A stretch of DNA of 64,000 nucleotides. Origin: the human T2T-CHM13v2.0 reference genome, Homo sapiens. The stretch lies in the NCBI RefSeq assembly GCF_009914755.1, contig NC_060925.1; one strand, written 5' to 3'. Positions within the stretch are counted from its first letter, which is position 1, and every line of letters starts with the position of its first letter. Shown in pieces: positions 13,423-26,985 of the stretch. Both the position numbers and the translations under genes were made by a program. The notes below the pieces were generated by a model that saw nothing but the letters and a program-made list of their open reading frames with translations, made no database searches and was not told the DNA's origin.

Positions 13423-15362
13423 TGATATAGTTTTGCTCTCAAACTCAAGTCTCATCTTGAATTGTAATCCCCATAATTCCCATGTGTCAAGGGAGGGACC
13501 TGTTGGGAGGTGATTGGATTATGCGGGCAGTTTCTCCCATGCTGTTCTCGTGATAGTGAGTGAGTTCTCACAAGATTTGATGGTTTTGTAAGGCAGTCTT
13601 CCCAGCTCTTGCTAACTCGCTGTTTCCTGCTGCCGTGTGAAGGTCTTTGCTTTTCTTACATCTTCTTCCATGACTGTAAGTTTCCTGAGGCCTTCCCAGC
13701 CATGTGGAGCTGTGAATCAAGTAAACCTCTTTTTTAAATAAATTACCCAGTCTTGGGTATGTCTTCATAGCAGTGTGAAAATGGACTAATGTATTAAGTT
13801 GGTACTGGGAGTGGGGCACTGCTATAAAAATACCCAAAAATGTGGAAGCAACTTTGGAATTGGGTAATGGGCAGAGATTGGAACAGTTTGGAGGACTCAG
13901 AAGGAGACAAGAAGATGTGGGAAAGTTTGGAATTTTCTAGAGACTTGTTGAATGATTTTGACAAAAATGCTGTTAGTGATGTGGACAATGAAGTCCAGGC
14001 TGAGGTGGTCTTAGATGCAGATGAGGAACTTATTGGGTATTGGAGTAAAAGTCACTCTTTCTCTGCTTTAGCAAAATGGCTAGTGGCATTTTGCCCCTGC
14101 CCTACAGATCTTGGGAACTTTAAACTTGAGAGAGATGATTTAGGGTATGTGCTGGAAGAAATTTCTAAGCAGAAAACTGTTCAAGAGGTGATAGAGCATA
14201 AAAGTTTGGAGAATTTGCCTTCTGACCATGTGACAAACAAGACAAACTTATTTTCTGGGGAGAAATTCAAGTCAGAGGCAGAAATTTGCACAAGTAATGA
14301 GGATCCAAATGTTAATTGCCAAGACAAAGGGGAAAATGTCTCCAGGGCTGTCAGAGGTCTTCAGAGCCCCTCTCATCACAGTCTGGTAGGCCTATGAGGA
14401 AAAGATGGTTTCACAGGACAGGCCCGGGGCCTTGCTGATTTGTGCAGTCTCAGAAGTTGGTGTCCTGCATCCCAGCTATGGCTAAAGGGGCCAACATACA
14501 GCTAAGAGCATTGCCTCAAAGGGTGCAAGCCCCAACCCTTAGTGGCTTCCATGTGGTCTTGGGCCTGCAGGTGCACAGAAGTTAAGAATTGAGGTTTGGG
14601 AACCTCTCCCTAGATGTCAGAGGATGTATGGAAACTCCTGGATGTCCAGGCAGAAGTCTGCTGCAGGGATGAAGTACCCATGGAGAAGCTCTGCTAGTGC
14701 AGTGCAGAAGGGAAATGTGGGGTTGGAGCCCCCACACAGAATCCCTACTGGGGTACTGCCTAGTGGGGCTGTGAGAAGAAGCCCAGCATCCTCTAGACCC
14801 CAGAATGGTAGGTCCACTCACAGCTTGCATCGTGCACCTGGAAAAGCTGCAGACACTCAATGACAGTCATGAAAGCAGCTGGGATGGGGGCTGTACCCTG
14901 CAAAGCCACAAAGGCAGAGCTGCCCAAGGCCATGGAAGCCCACTCTTTGCATCAGTGTGCCCTGGATGTGAGACGTGGAGTCAAAGGAGATTATGTTGGA
15001 GCTTTAAGATGTAATGACTGCCCCACTGAATTTTGGACCTGCATGGGGCCTGTAGCCTCTTTGTTTTGGCCAATTTCTCCCATTTAAAATGGAAGCATTT
15101 ATCCAATGCCTGTATCCCCATTGTATCTTGGAAGTAACTGACTTGCTTTTAATTTCACAGGCTCCTAGTTGGAAGGGACTTGCCTTGTCTCAGATGAGAC
15201 TTTGGACTTGGCTTTTTGTATTAAGGCTGGAATGAGTTAAGACTTTAAGGGACTGTTGGGAAGTCATGATTGTATTTTGAAATGTGAAAACATGGGATTT
15301 GGAAGAGGTCGAGGCAGAATGATATGGTTTCACTCTGTGTCCCCACCCAAATCTGATCTTGA
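13423..15362 (+). mobile_element. THE1 (THE1D-like) MaLR element: 5' LTR 13423-~13793, internal region, 3' LTR truncated after ~43 bp (from 15320)
   Basis: LTR start TGATATAG/TGATATGG...CCCAAATCT; internal MaLR ORF remnant 13840-14397 (WNSLEDSEGDKKMWESLE...LCPCP-like). Confidence 0.88.
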
Positions 15363-15527
15363 TAAAATTAAAATAATCTTTTTAATATACGTTAGTGACA
15401 AAACCTAAGCTTCTCATGTGGCTTTCTATTTGGTAAACCATGAGTGAGAATAGGCTCTGATGTAAAGATATACTAAAAGGGTAAGTGTGAGAAAGACAGT
15501 GGAAACTGGTACTTTTTCCAATGGTCT

Positions 15528-15533
15528 TTTATT
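15528..15533 (-). terminator. FCRL3: Candidate distal poly(A) signal (AATAAA) of FCRL3
   Basis: TTTATT on plus, ~210 nt past the alternative terminal stop at 15741. Confidence 0.55.
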
Positions 15534-15740
15534 TTCAAAGGCTCCACTAAAATTACTTTTTTTAGATTTCTGGGCTATGGGTTTTTAGTTGTGAATTCAA
15601 AGATAAAAGTCAAGTAGAGCACTGCATGAGAATAATTCATTTTACAGGGCAATCAATCAGAATTTGCACATTTGTTATATCCGAGATGTACAGTTAGGAC
15701 TCACCCCTTCTTCCACTCACATACTCTGATTTGCACAGGG

Positions 15741-15797
15741 CTAAGTGTTACAAAGACATGGAAAATCTTGAACTTTGTTCTTTCTTGGGTTCAGAAT
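15741..15797 (-). CDS. FCRL3: FCRL3 alternative terminal coding exon (ILNPRKNKVQDFPCLCNT*), giving a 742-aa isoform
   Basis: Acceptor CCATTTTCTAG|ATT; in frame with internal donor AAT|GTACCA in the last exon (17772/17771); 724+18=742 aa; matches a C-terminus I recall for FCRL3. Confidence 0.7.
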   Translation of the reverse strand: MLNPRKNKVQDFPCLCNT

Positions 15798-17738
15798 CTA
15801 GAAAATGGATAAACAATGATAAGAGATGACAGGTCCCTTAGAGAAAGTTCACTATAAGGCACAAAGGGGCTTGGCAAGGTAATTCCAAATCAGCAGCAGG
15901 GTTAGAAAGGAGGAGAGCCTCCATATACAGCCTGGTGGTTGGTACCCAAAACCGGTTTACATATTTTCACCATAGAGAAAAAAACAGCAGAATGTATCAC
16001 ATAGAAGACAGAGACATTTGCCTCCTCCCTCTTCAAGGGACCTTAAAATTTTAATGCCAATATGAACATGAACTGGCAGAGATCAGCATCTCAGTACGGG
16101 CAGGACATCATGCCCTGCACTCAAAGGCCAGGATAAGGGTAACAGAGGCCAGTGGGAGCAGTGTGGATTGATCATCACATTTTTTGAGGCCAGCAGCTGT
16201 GGCTTAGCTGGCTTTGCTGGTCGTAATGGAGGACAAAAGTGCCTTCTGGTGAAACTCAGCTTCCATAGTGATGGAACCTAAGGGTAGCAGAGTTTATGGT
16301 GACCCTGTAGTGTATCTCCAGAAATGGTGATTGTTTGAATGCATGTAAGACATTCCCTAGGGACTCCAAGAAATATTGATTAGAGGAAGATGTGGTGCTT
16401 TGAAAGGGACTTGGTGTTCCTACATGAACCAAGTGAAGGCCTAGAATTGGCAACATTCAGAGATTAATGTTAATATAATCTCAGTTGTCCCTAGGACTTG
16501 AGGTGTTCAGAGATATTTGGAAACATCAGGATTTCAGAATGGAGGTGAAGTCACTGAAAATTGTTGGTACATTTTCATTTTTGTCATATTAAAAATTCAA
16601 CACACTGTGGAAAGAGTTTTTGATGGTGATAGCTAGGAAAACATTAAGCCAGATATTTTACACAAGTAAATACTAAACAGCAATAAAAACAAATGAACTA
16701 TAGCAACACGCAACAATATGGATGAATCTTAGAAATACAACATGAAGAGAAAGTACTAAAAAAATTTATCTACAACAATATGGTCTTTAACTTATAGTTA
16801 AAACTAATATAAAAACATATTTAAGGAAAACATGTAGATACATTAATATGATAGAAATAGGAGAGCATGGGAATAATGAACATGAGATTTAGAATGGTTT
16901 TTTATCAGATGGAGTGAGGTAGAGGAAGAGAATGGGAGAAGCCACATAGATATAGTAGGTTATTGTCTCGGGGTTAATGGGTGCTTATAAGAATAAAACT
17001 GACTGACTAGAAATCTATCATGTATGGAAAATGATGAGACTATGTCATGAAGCAAAAATTACAATTAATGTGATTCTTCACACATAAGGTCTTTGCAGTG
17101 GGGATACAAGTCACATATTAAACTAGCAGAGTCTTTAATGAAATGCTGAAGTTATTTTTCATCATAACTAGGGTAATTTGGTTGGGAATGTCACCCTGTA
17201 AGTACAAAAATACACTTCAGATAGAGTCACCTTAAATTCTTGTTCTATAACTTCTTTTGGCTGTTCCCAATATGGTAGCAAGGATACAGCATATACACCA
17301 AAACATCAGCAATGCCACTACCAGCCACACAAAAAAGGGAAACAAAATATTTGGAGCAAATTGTTTATACAGAGAGCACATTAACAGCTTTCGATCACAC
17401 TTGGATCAAATGGTCATGATTGTGCCCTTGTAACCCTGGCTAGACCATTTCTCTCTCCTCCTCTATTCGACAGCCCTAGGAGCTGAGGGCCCTCCTGCCT
17501 TGCCACGTGTCTCCACTGTGAAAATAACACAGTGCTTGCTCAGAGGCTGCCTGCTCTCTTCCTGGGGAACACACAGATCAGGCACAGGGGAGATTTGCAG
17601 ACCTTTTGCGCAGCCTCACATACCCTGCAGCCCAGCCTCGTAGGAGGCAGAGTCTGGAGAGATGGATGATGTGTGGTTGGAGAGAACAGAAAAAAAAATG
17701 GTGCAGGCTGTTTCCTGTGGGCCACTCTGGGTAAGGGG

Positions 17739-17885
17739 CTAGTGGTCTGAGGCCAGTAATACACGTGGTACATTCTCATAGTTTTCTTCATCATCTTCTT
17801 CATGGGCCCTGCCTCTGCTGCTAGCCTCCCCTGCAGAGTCGTCTGGGTGTGTCTTCTTCAGTTCTGAATAGAGGACTGTAAGTTC
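17739..17885 (-). CDS. FCRL3: FCRL3 exon 15 coding part (ITIM VLYSEL Y692; ENYENV Y722; stop TAG)
   Basis: TTTTCTACCAG|GAA; translates ELTVLYSELKK...ENYENVPRVLLASDH*. Confidence 0.96.
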   Translation of the reverse strand, partial: ELTVLYSELKKTHPDDSAGEASSRGRAHEEDDEENYENVPRVLLASDH

Positions 17886-17970
17886 CTGGTAGAAAAAAAC
17901 ACAAAAGGTAAGTACCTAAATACAGGAGAGGAAGGCCAGAGAGGAAAGAAAGCCAAGAAATGTGACTCAC

Positions 17971-18002
17971 CTCATGCTCTTGATGCATCATTGGACAATT
18001 AG
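17971..18002 (-). CDS. FCRL3: FCRL3 exon 14 (32 nt, ANCPMMHQEHE)
   Basis: CAACAG| ... GAG|GTGAGT; phase 1 to 0. Confidence 0.93.
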
Positions 18003-18080
18003 CTGTTGGGTAGGAGTAGCAAAGAAAAGTATTAAACTGTGGGCAATATATTCCAACTTACAACGTACGCACACTGCATT

Positions 18081-18241
18081 CCAAACCAATCTTCTTGATT
18101 TGCTTGATCTCTTGCTGTTTCCTCTGCTGGATTCTTCCAAACCCACATAGAAAAAGTACTCCAAGCCAATCTTCTTGATTTGCTTGATCTCTTGACTGTT
18201 TCCTCTGTTGGATTCTTCCAAACCCAAATAGAAAAAGTACT
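18081..18241. repeat. Two-copy 80/81-bp tandem duplication in FCRL3 intron 13
   Basis: 18081-18160 vs 18161-18241 differ by 3 substitutions and 1 indel. Confidence 0.95.
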
Positions 18242-18664
18242 GCCCCAAGCACAAACACTAATAAAGACTTTCCTCTGCCCACCAAATGCCCAGAACTATT
18301 TTCATGACAATTTCCTTCTTGCTCCTCTGCTCATTATAACCCCAGAGGGGCACCCACCCCCAATCCACTGCAGACTTCTATGGCTGTATTGATCCTCTGG
18401 GAGAAGGAGGCAGATATGAGTCACTTCACTTGCACAGGGAAATTGGAAGAGACCAGAGAGGAGATTGGCATTCTAAGGCCACATGACAATTTCCCAGGAA
18501 GCCAAAGAGTTGCATTGGAGCATTGAGAAAATTTAGTGTGTGTGTATGTTTTCTACCTTTCCAAGGGGCTGTTTGTATCTCTTTTATTTATTTGTGCAGC
18601 CAATAAGCAATGCCTTCTATTAGGCATTAGGTAAGGTATAAGGAGATAGAAATGACAGAAACTC

Positions 18665-18856
18665 CTGGACAACATAGTGAAACCCTGTCTCTACTAAAAA
18701 TACAAAATTTAGCTGGGCATGGTGATGCATGCCTGTAATCCCGGCTACTTAGGAAGCTAAGGCAGGAGAATCCCTTGAACCCAGGAGGCAGAAGTTGAAA
18801 TGAGCCAAGATCGCACTGCTGCACTCCAGCCTGGGCGACAGAACGAGACCCCATCT

Positions 18857-18889
<33 letters not shown>
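18665..18889 (+). mobile_element. 5'-truncated Alu with 15-bp TSD AAATGACAGAAACTC
   Basis: TSD at 18650-18664 and 18890-18904; long pure A tail. Confidence 0.92.
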
Positions 18890-18894
<5 letters not shown>

Positions 18895-19733
18895 ACAGAA
18901 ACTCAGTTCATGTGATCAAGAATCCTATAATTTTGAAGGGGAGAAATGGACATAGAAATAAATGCAACAAGCATTATGGGCACCAAGACAGAAATACATA
19001 TTGAACTATGTTGTTACCATAAAGAATAAATGTCTCCTCCCAGATTAGAATATGGAAAGGGTAGTTGGCATCAGTGTGAGTTTCACTGTTACCTGATCTA
19101 TGTCTTGAAATATGAGTAGGGGTCACCAAGTAGACTAGAGGAAAGGACATTTCAAGACCAGTAAGAAACATGAGCACCAAGCATAAAGGTGCCAAGAGTT
19201 CAGTATGGCTAGAGGAAGAACATTAGGCAAAGCTTGCAGGAGGAGCCAGCGTGCAGAAGGCAAAGATCATGCTTTGGAATGGGTGTCATTGAGGGCAGTT
19301 AATCTAGGCACTGATGTGAACAATAGAGCACCTCAAAGGGATCATGCTGGAAATAGATTTTGGGAAGGCTGGAGGAGAACAGTAGTAGAAATAAAGAGAC
19401 CAGTTAAAAGAATGACAATTGTCTCCACATTTGATTATTCACTCATTAATTCAAACAATATTTTAGGGGGCCTACAGTTTTCCAAGCATTGAGCTAAATG
19501 CTGTGAATACATTAGTGAAAAAGTCACAGTGTCTGTCCTCAAAGAATTTATGGGATCATGGTGGCAGTATGTAAAGGTAAGAAGAAATGGATAGATTCTA
19601 CAGCTGACACTATGGGAGGCAAGTAATGCCTTGCGTGTTGGGCTTGTATTTGAAATAACTCTGATCAAAGACCCCTTGCCCGTTTCAATAAAACACTGCC
19701 ACCTCACCTCTATTTGCCTGAAAGGCATCTTAC

Positions 19734-19802
19734 CTGAGTTTTCTTTTGTATGCTGGATGCTCCAGATCTGGGAATAAATCGGGTTGCTATCTCCAGGATT
19801 TA
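19734..19802 (-). CDS. FCRL3: FCRL3 exon 13 (69 nt, VNPGDSNPIYSQIWSIQHTKENS; Y662)
   Basis: CTCACAG| ... CAG|GTAAGA; phase 1-1. Confidence 0.95.
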
Positions 19803-20012
19803 CTGTGAGAGAAGATATCATAGTTGGTTGCAGTCAAGAGCTCATATTCTAGACTCTACTTCCCAATCACCAAATTCATAACCAACTTCTATTCCCAGTG
19901 TAATGCTAGGAATGTCATTTTTAAATTTGTGACAGGGCCATGGGCTGTCGCTCAATCCCTCTTCCCTCCCTGGCTCCTCCCTAGAGCCTTCTGCCCCCTA
20001 GGGAGTCCTCAC

Positions 20013-20131
20013 CATTGCTGTACATTGGCTCCAGCTCCATTGGGGCTAGTGGTTTAGAGTGAGTGGGCTCTTGAGGGTCTATCCTGGAAGGCCTGGACGA
20101 GGAAGGCTCCTGACACTCACTAGGACTGTGA
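20013..20131 (-). CDS. FCRL3: FCRL3 exon 12 (119 nt, SHSPSECQEP...EPMYSN; Y650)
   Basis: TGTCACAG| ... ATG|GTGAGG; phase 2 to 1. Confidence 0.95.
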
Positions 20132-20265
20132 CTGTGACAGAGGGGGAGAGAATGGATTAAAAAGTATCTGTGGGTTACACAGAATTTCAGGGAAATCAAT
20201 ATTCTGGAAGTCCTCCAGTCCAGCATGATTCAAGTAAAAATATTGTGTCTGCTTCTGCTTGGGTC

Positions 20266-21532
<1,267 letters not shown>

Positions 21533-22248
21533 TCAGAAGACTTATGGCACAAGGTGAAGCCCAGGGAAGCATTACAAAACAGGACAGCCAAGGCAAGGCC
21601 AGAGGGCCAGCAGCCTCAGGGCCTCTTTGAAAGGCAAAAACTCATATTTGACTAATTTTAAATGTTATTTTTGAAGATGTAAATGATTAAACACTGATAC
21701 ACAAAGACCTCTGCATTCTTACAGAACTTAAACCTTGTCTTTTTTAAAAGGTCCCTTTCAGTTTTACACCTCATATTACAATAATCTACCTTTCCTGCAA
21801 GATGCCATGCGAGCTCTTCAAGTAAAGTGGATTTTTTTCCAATTTCATTTCCTTCTGCAGTTAATATTGTGAATTGAACATTGCCAGCATTCAATAATAA
21901 TTTCCCAAATGAGTGGAAGAATGAGGAAGAAGGAAATGAATGCACTGTAGCCCTATGAAAGGTAATGCCATTAAGACATTAGTGGTCAAGTCTCTGCTGG
22001 AACACATTTAAGGAAGTAGATAAATTAACATAGATAGCCAATAACATGTATTGTGTTTAAGTAGAGACAGTGAATATCGTTCACAAATATAAGTGAAAGT
22101 GACATTCACTTATATCTACTTTTTTATTTTGTAAGAACGTAAAAATGCTACTAGGAAATCCATTGAAATTTAAAAAAAAACATAAACAAGTCTCGTGCAT
22201 ATAAATAAATCATGAAAATGTTGGCAGCACAAGAAGCAGAGACCTCAC

Positions 22249-22276
22249 CTAGATGTTCCAGTGGCAGAAAGTCCTC
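22249..22276 (-). CDS. FCRL3: FCRL3 exon 11 (28 nt, GGLSATGTSS)
   Basis: TTTTGCAG| ... TAG|GTGAGG; phase 1 to 2. Confidence 0.93.
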
Positions 22277-23629
22277 CTGCAAAACAAACAAAGGAAGGTT
22301 GGTGGTAAGTGAGCTGTGTAAATAATGAACTCTCTGTTAGAACATTTTTTCCTAGAAATCAGATTCATTCTAGATCTAAGCTACGGAAAAACTCAAGGAT
22401 TATCCAGCTCCACCCTCCTTACTCCCCCTATGTTATGTTATAGGTCAGGAAGGTGGGGTCTTGAAAGGCATTTGCCCAGAGTCACACTCATTCTGAATCA
22501 TTTTTCAATCAGTAATAGGTGAATAGCAACTCTAAGTAGTTGTGACTGAGTAGGTCACAACCTGGGTCAGGTGCTCCCCTCAAACCCACTTCTTCATCCT
22601 GACTGCAGCCCTACAAAGTGGAGACAAGGAGACTGAGGCCTAGAGGGGCCAAGGGATGCTCAAAATGGATACAGAATTCCTTCACTAATATGAATCAATG
22701 GGACTACCATGATAAGCTCTACCTTCTCTTTCTCTAACTGTGACCCCTCACCCCTGCAAGTCTATTCCAGCAACACTGAACTGCAAATCATGTGGGTATG
22801 TAATGGCTTTTCCACACCTCTTCTCTCCTTCTCTTTCACTTGGCTAGCTCCGATTTATCTTTCTTCCAGAGCTGTCCCTGATGCCAACAGGCTGGATTAA
22901 GTAAACTGTCTCCATGCACATAAGACCATGTAATATTAAAATTACTATATTGTTTCGTAATTATTTATTTCTATTTGCCTCTATTTCTCTCTTTCATGAA
23001 AGGGTGTGCTACTTGAGGCTGTAAACCTCATCTTAAATTTTTTTGTATTCCTAATATCATGCTTAGCAGTTAAAAATATTCAACAAAGATGTGTTAAACA
23101 ACTGAACAAAGTATTTACTTTGAGGACTTAAAAATAACAAATTGACAATTTTCTAAAAGGAGATTGCCTGTTAGAAGTCTATCCTTGAAGCCAAATCTAT
23201 CAGACTTAAAAATATGGCAAGTTTCCGTCATCACCGAAATATTGAATCTTTCAGGCTTGCCCCAATACAAGCCTTATCCAGGTTCCCATCCTTGTCCTTT
23301 GCCTTTTTAAAATCTGTGGCTCTAATCGGTCTCATTGGCTTAGAGAATGCAAGTCGTTGCTCAAAATAAACATACCAGCCTTGACTCTCATGAAAAATAA
23401 CTGAGTAACTCCCTGTTCCTCAGGGAGTGGGACTCCTGAGTTAAGCTAGAGGGGTATGATCAGGATCTGGTCCTGAATCTCCTCAGAGCAATCACAATCC
23501 ACATCAGTCAATAACCAGTATCTTTTCTGTGGGTGGTTAGCTCCGACCTAGAATGCATCTGGGAGTCAGTCTATCTCCTTATCTGTAAAAGAGAAAACTG
23601 AGACCTAGACAGGTGGCTATTTATTATAC

Positions 23630-23830
23630 AAGCTAATATTCCTTGAAGACATATGGGCCAGCACGGTGCTAAGCAGTTTACCTAGGTTGTGTCATAGTAC
23701 CTAAAAGGTAGATACTGTTATTATTATAACCACTTCATAGATGAAGAAACTGAGTTTAGTGAGTTTAACTTATTTGCCCAATATCAAGTTGGCAAGTTTT
23801 GTTACTGGAATTTCAACACAGCCAGATTTA
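23630..23830 (-). mobile_element. MIR remnant
   Basis: CACTTCATAGATGAAGAAACTGAG...TTGCCCAA MIR core pattern. Confidence 0.55.
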
Positions 23831-24398
23831 CTATAGAGTCAAAAAACCTATCATTCCTTTTAGGAGTGATTCACTCAGGCAAGGAGCAGAGCCCTTAACT
23901 TTTACAAAAATGTAGAAGGTCTGAGCTTCTTCCTGAGAAGTCTTGTCAATGGTGAGAAGGGAGACTTTGCTATGAGGAGGTACAATAAGCAAGATTTTGA
24001 GAAAAGAAGAGCACAGACCCTCTGCTTGGTGAACTGTCCTAATTCCTTAGTGAGTTTGTTATTTAAAATAACACTTCCCCTAAGTCTGGGGGACAGACCA
24101 CCTGGGCTTCTGTTCACATGGATCATGTGAAATGATTGTCAGTTTTCTCTCCTGGTGCTGTGCTGACTGACAACCTCAACACTGAGATTCAAATGTCTTC
24201 TTTTAGTATGTTATAGATTAGAAAATGGCATCCCAGATAAACAATGAGAGGAAAAAAAGAAAAGTAATTTTGGAAGTAGGAGGTGTGACTAGCCTTCTAT
24301 AAGTAATATAATTTCACTTGAAAACAGCAATAAGTTGAAGATGTATACTATAAGCCCTAAAGCAATCACCAGAGTAACAAAATAAATAATTATTGCTT

Positions 24399-26985
24399 CC
24401 AACAAGAAAACTTAACTATTCTAAATATATATGCACCCAACATTGCAGCACCCAGAATCATAAAACAAGTTCCTCTTGATCTACAAAAAAACCTGGACAG
24501 TCACACAATAATAGTGGGAGATTTCAATATCCCACTGACAGAGTTAGACAGATCATCGAGGCAGAAAACTGACAAAGAAACTCTGGACTTTGTCAGAAAA
24601 CTGACAAAGAAACTTGACACTTGACCAAATAGACCTAACACACATCTACAGAATATTCTATCCGGCAACTATGGAATATACATTCTTCTCACCTGCATGT
24701 GGAACATATCCTAGGATCAGCCATATGCTGGGCCATAAAGCAGATATCAATAAATTTTTTTAAAAAATCATACCAAGTACACTCTTAGACTACAGTGCAA
24801 TAAAAATAGAAATAAATATCAAGAAGATCTCTCAAAACTAACAAATACATGGAAATTAGACAACTTACTCCTGAATAACTCCTGGGTAAAGATAAAAATT
24901 AATGCATAAATAAAAAAATTTTTTTTAATTAATGAAAAAGGGACACAACTATGCATGTCCACTATCACTACGCCTATTCAAGATAGTCCTGAAATTCCTA
25001 GCCAGAGCAACCAGGCAAGAGAAAGAAATAAAAAGCACCCAAATAGCTAAATAAGTCACACTTTCTCTTTTCACTGACTGCATGACTCTCTAACTTGAAA
25101 GCCCTCAAGACTCTGCCAAGAGTAAGGTTTCAGGACACAAAATTAAGGTACAAAAACCAGTAGCATTTCTATACATCAACAAAGTCAGGCAAAGAGTTAA
25201 ATCAATGGTACAATTCCATTTTGAATAGCCACAAAGAAAATGAAATACCTAGGAATACAGCTAACAAAGGAGGTGAAAGATCTCTGCGAGAAATTAAAAA
25301 AAAAATGCTGAAATAAAGACAACACAAATAAATGGAAAAATATTGCATGCTCATAGATTGGAAGAATTAATATTGTTAAAATGGCCATACTGCCCAAAGA
25401 AATTTACAGATTCAATATTATTCCTATCAAATTACCAATATCATTCTTCACAGAATTAGAAAAATCTATTTTAAAATTCATATGGAACCAAAAAAGAGCC
25501 CAAATAGCCAAAGCATTACTAAGCAAAGACAGCAAAGCTGAAGGCATCACACCTCACAACTTCAAACTATACTATAAGCCTACAGTAATCAAAATAGTAT
25601 AGTACTGATACAAAAACAGACACATAGACCAACGGAATGGAATAGAAAACTCAGAAATAAAGATTCACACCTACAACCATCTGATCTTTGCCAAGGCTAA
25701 CAAAAAGAAGCAATGGGGAAATGACTGTCTATTCAATAAATGGTGCTGGGATAACTTGCTAGCCATATTCAGAAAACTGAAACTAGACCCCTACTTTTCA
25801 CCATATACAAAACTTAATTCAGGATGGATCAAAGATTTAAATGTAGGACTCCAAACTATAAAATTCCTAGAGGAAAACCTAGGAAATACAATCCTTGACA
25901 TCAGCTTTGGCCAAGAATTTTTGGCTAAGTTCCCAAAGCAATTGCAACAAAAACAAAAATTGACAAGTGTGACTTAATTAAACTAAAGAGCTTCTGCACG
26001 GCAAAAGAAATTATCAACAGAGTAAACAGGCAACCTATAGAATGGGAGAAAATATTAGGAAACTATGCATCTGACAGAAGTCTAATGTTGAGACCTGTAA
26101 GGAACTTAAACAAATCAACAAGCAAAAACCAAATAACCCCATTAAAATATAAGTGAAGGACATGAACAGCCACTTCTCAAAAGAAGTCAAGCAAGCAGCC
26201 AACAAACATAAAAAAATGCTCAACATCACTAATCTCCAGAGAAATGGAAATCAAAACCACCATCAGATACTATCTCACACCAGTCAGAATGGCTATTACT
26301 TAAAAGTCAGAAAACAATAGGTGCTGGTGAGGCTGAGGAGAAAAGGGAATGCTTATACACTGTTGGTGGGAATTTAAGTTAGTTTAACCACTGTGGAAAG
26401 GGGTTTGGAGATTTCTCAAAGAACTTATAATAGAGCTACCATTCAACCTAGTAATTCTGTTATTGGTATACGCTCACAATAAAATAAATCATTCTGTCAA
26501 AAAGACACATGCACTCATATGTTCATTGCCATACTATTTACAATAGCAAAGATATGGTATCAATCTAGGTGCCCACCAGTGGTAGACTGGATAAAGAAAA
26601 TGTGGTACTTATACACCATGGAATACTACGCAGACATAAAAAAATGAAATCATGTCTTTTGCAGCAACATAGATTTAACTGGAGGCCATAATCATAAACC
26701 AACTAACACAAGAACAGAAAACCAAATACCACATGTTCTCACTTATAAGTGGGACCTAAACATTGAGCAAACATGGACATAAACATGGGAACAACAGACA
26801 CTGTGGACTACTAGATGGGGGAGATGGGGAGGAATGTGTGAGTTGAAAAACTACCTATTGGGTACTATGCTTACTATCTGGGTGACAGGATCTGTACCCC
26901 AAATCTCAATATCATGCAATATAACCATGTAACCAATCCACACATTTACCCCTTACATCTAAAATAAAAGTTGAAAATTTTTAAA
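24399..26985 (+). mobile_element. L1PA/PB (older) with internal deletion from EN to RT at ~24950, nested in an older L1M
   Basis: EN region then abrupt jump to RT (CPLSPLLF-like), ORF2 C-terminus, 3'UTR and A-rich tail. Confidence 0.85.

Noticed and set aside
13840-14397. 185-aa ORF, with a homologue at 61512-61811, as a local gene family
   Set aside because: Both are remnants of the shared MaLR (THE1/MST) internal ORF.
16077-16278. Another possible alternative last exon (acceptor CCCTTAG near 16278)
   Set aside because: Only an acceptor-like motif and an open frame; no independent support in the sequence.
18081-18241. Repeat as a CRISPR-like array
   Set aside because: Only two abutting copies, no spacers, no cas genes, mammalian intron.
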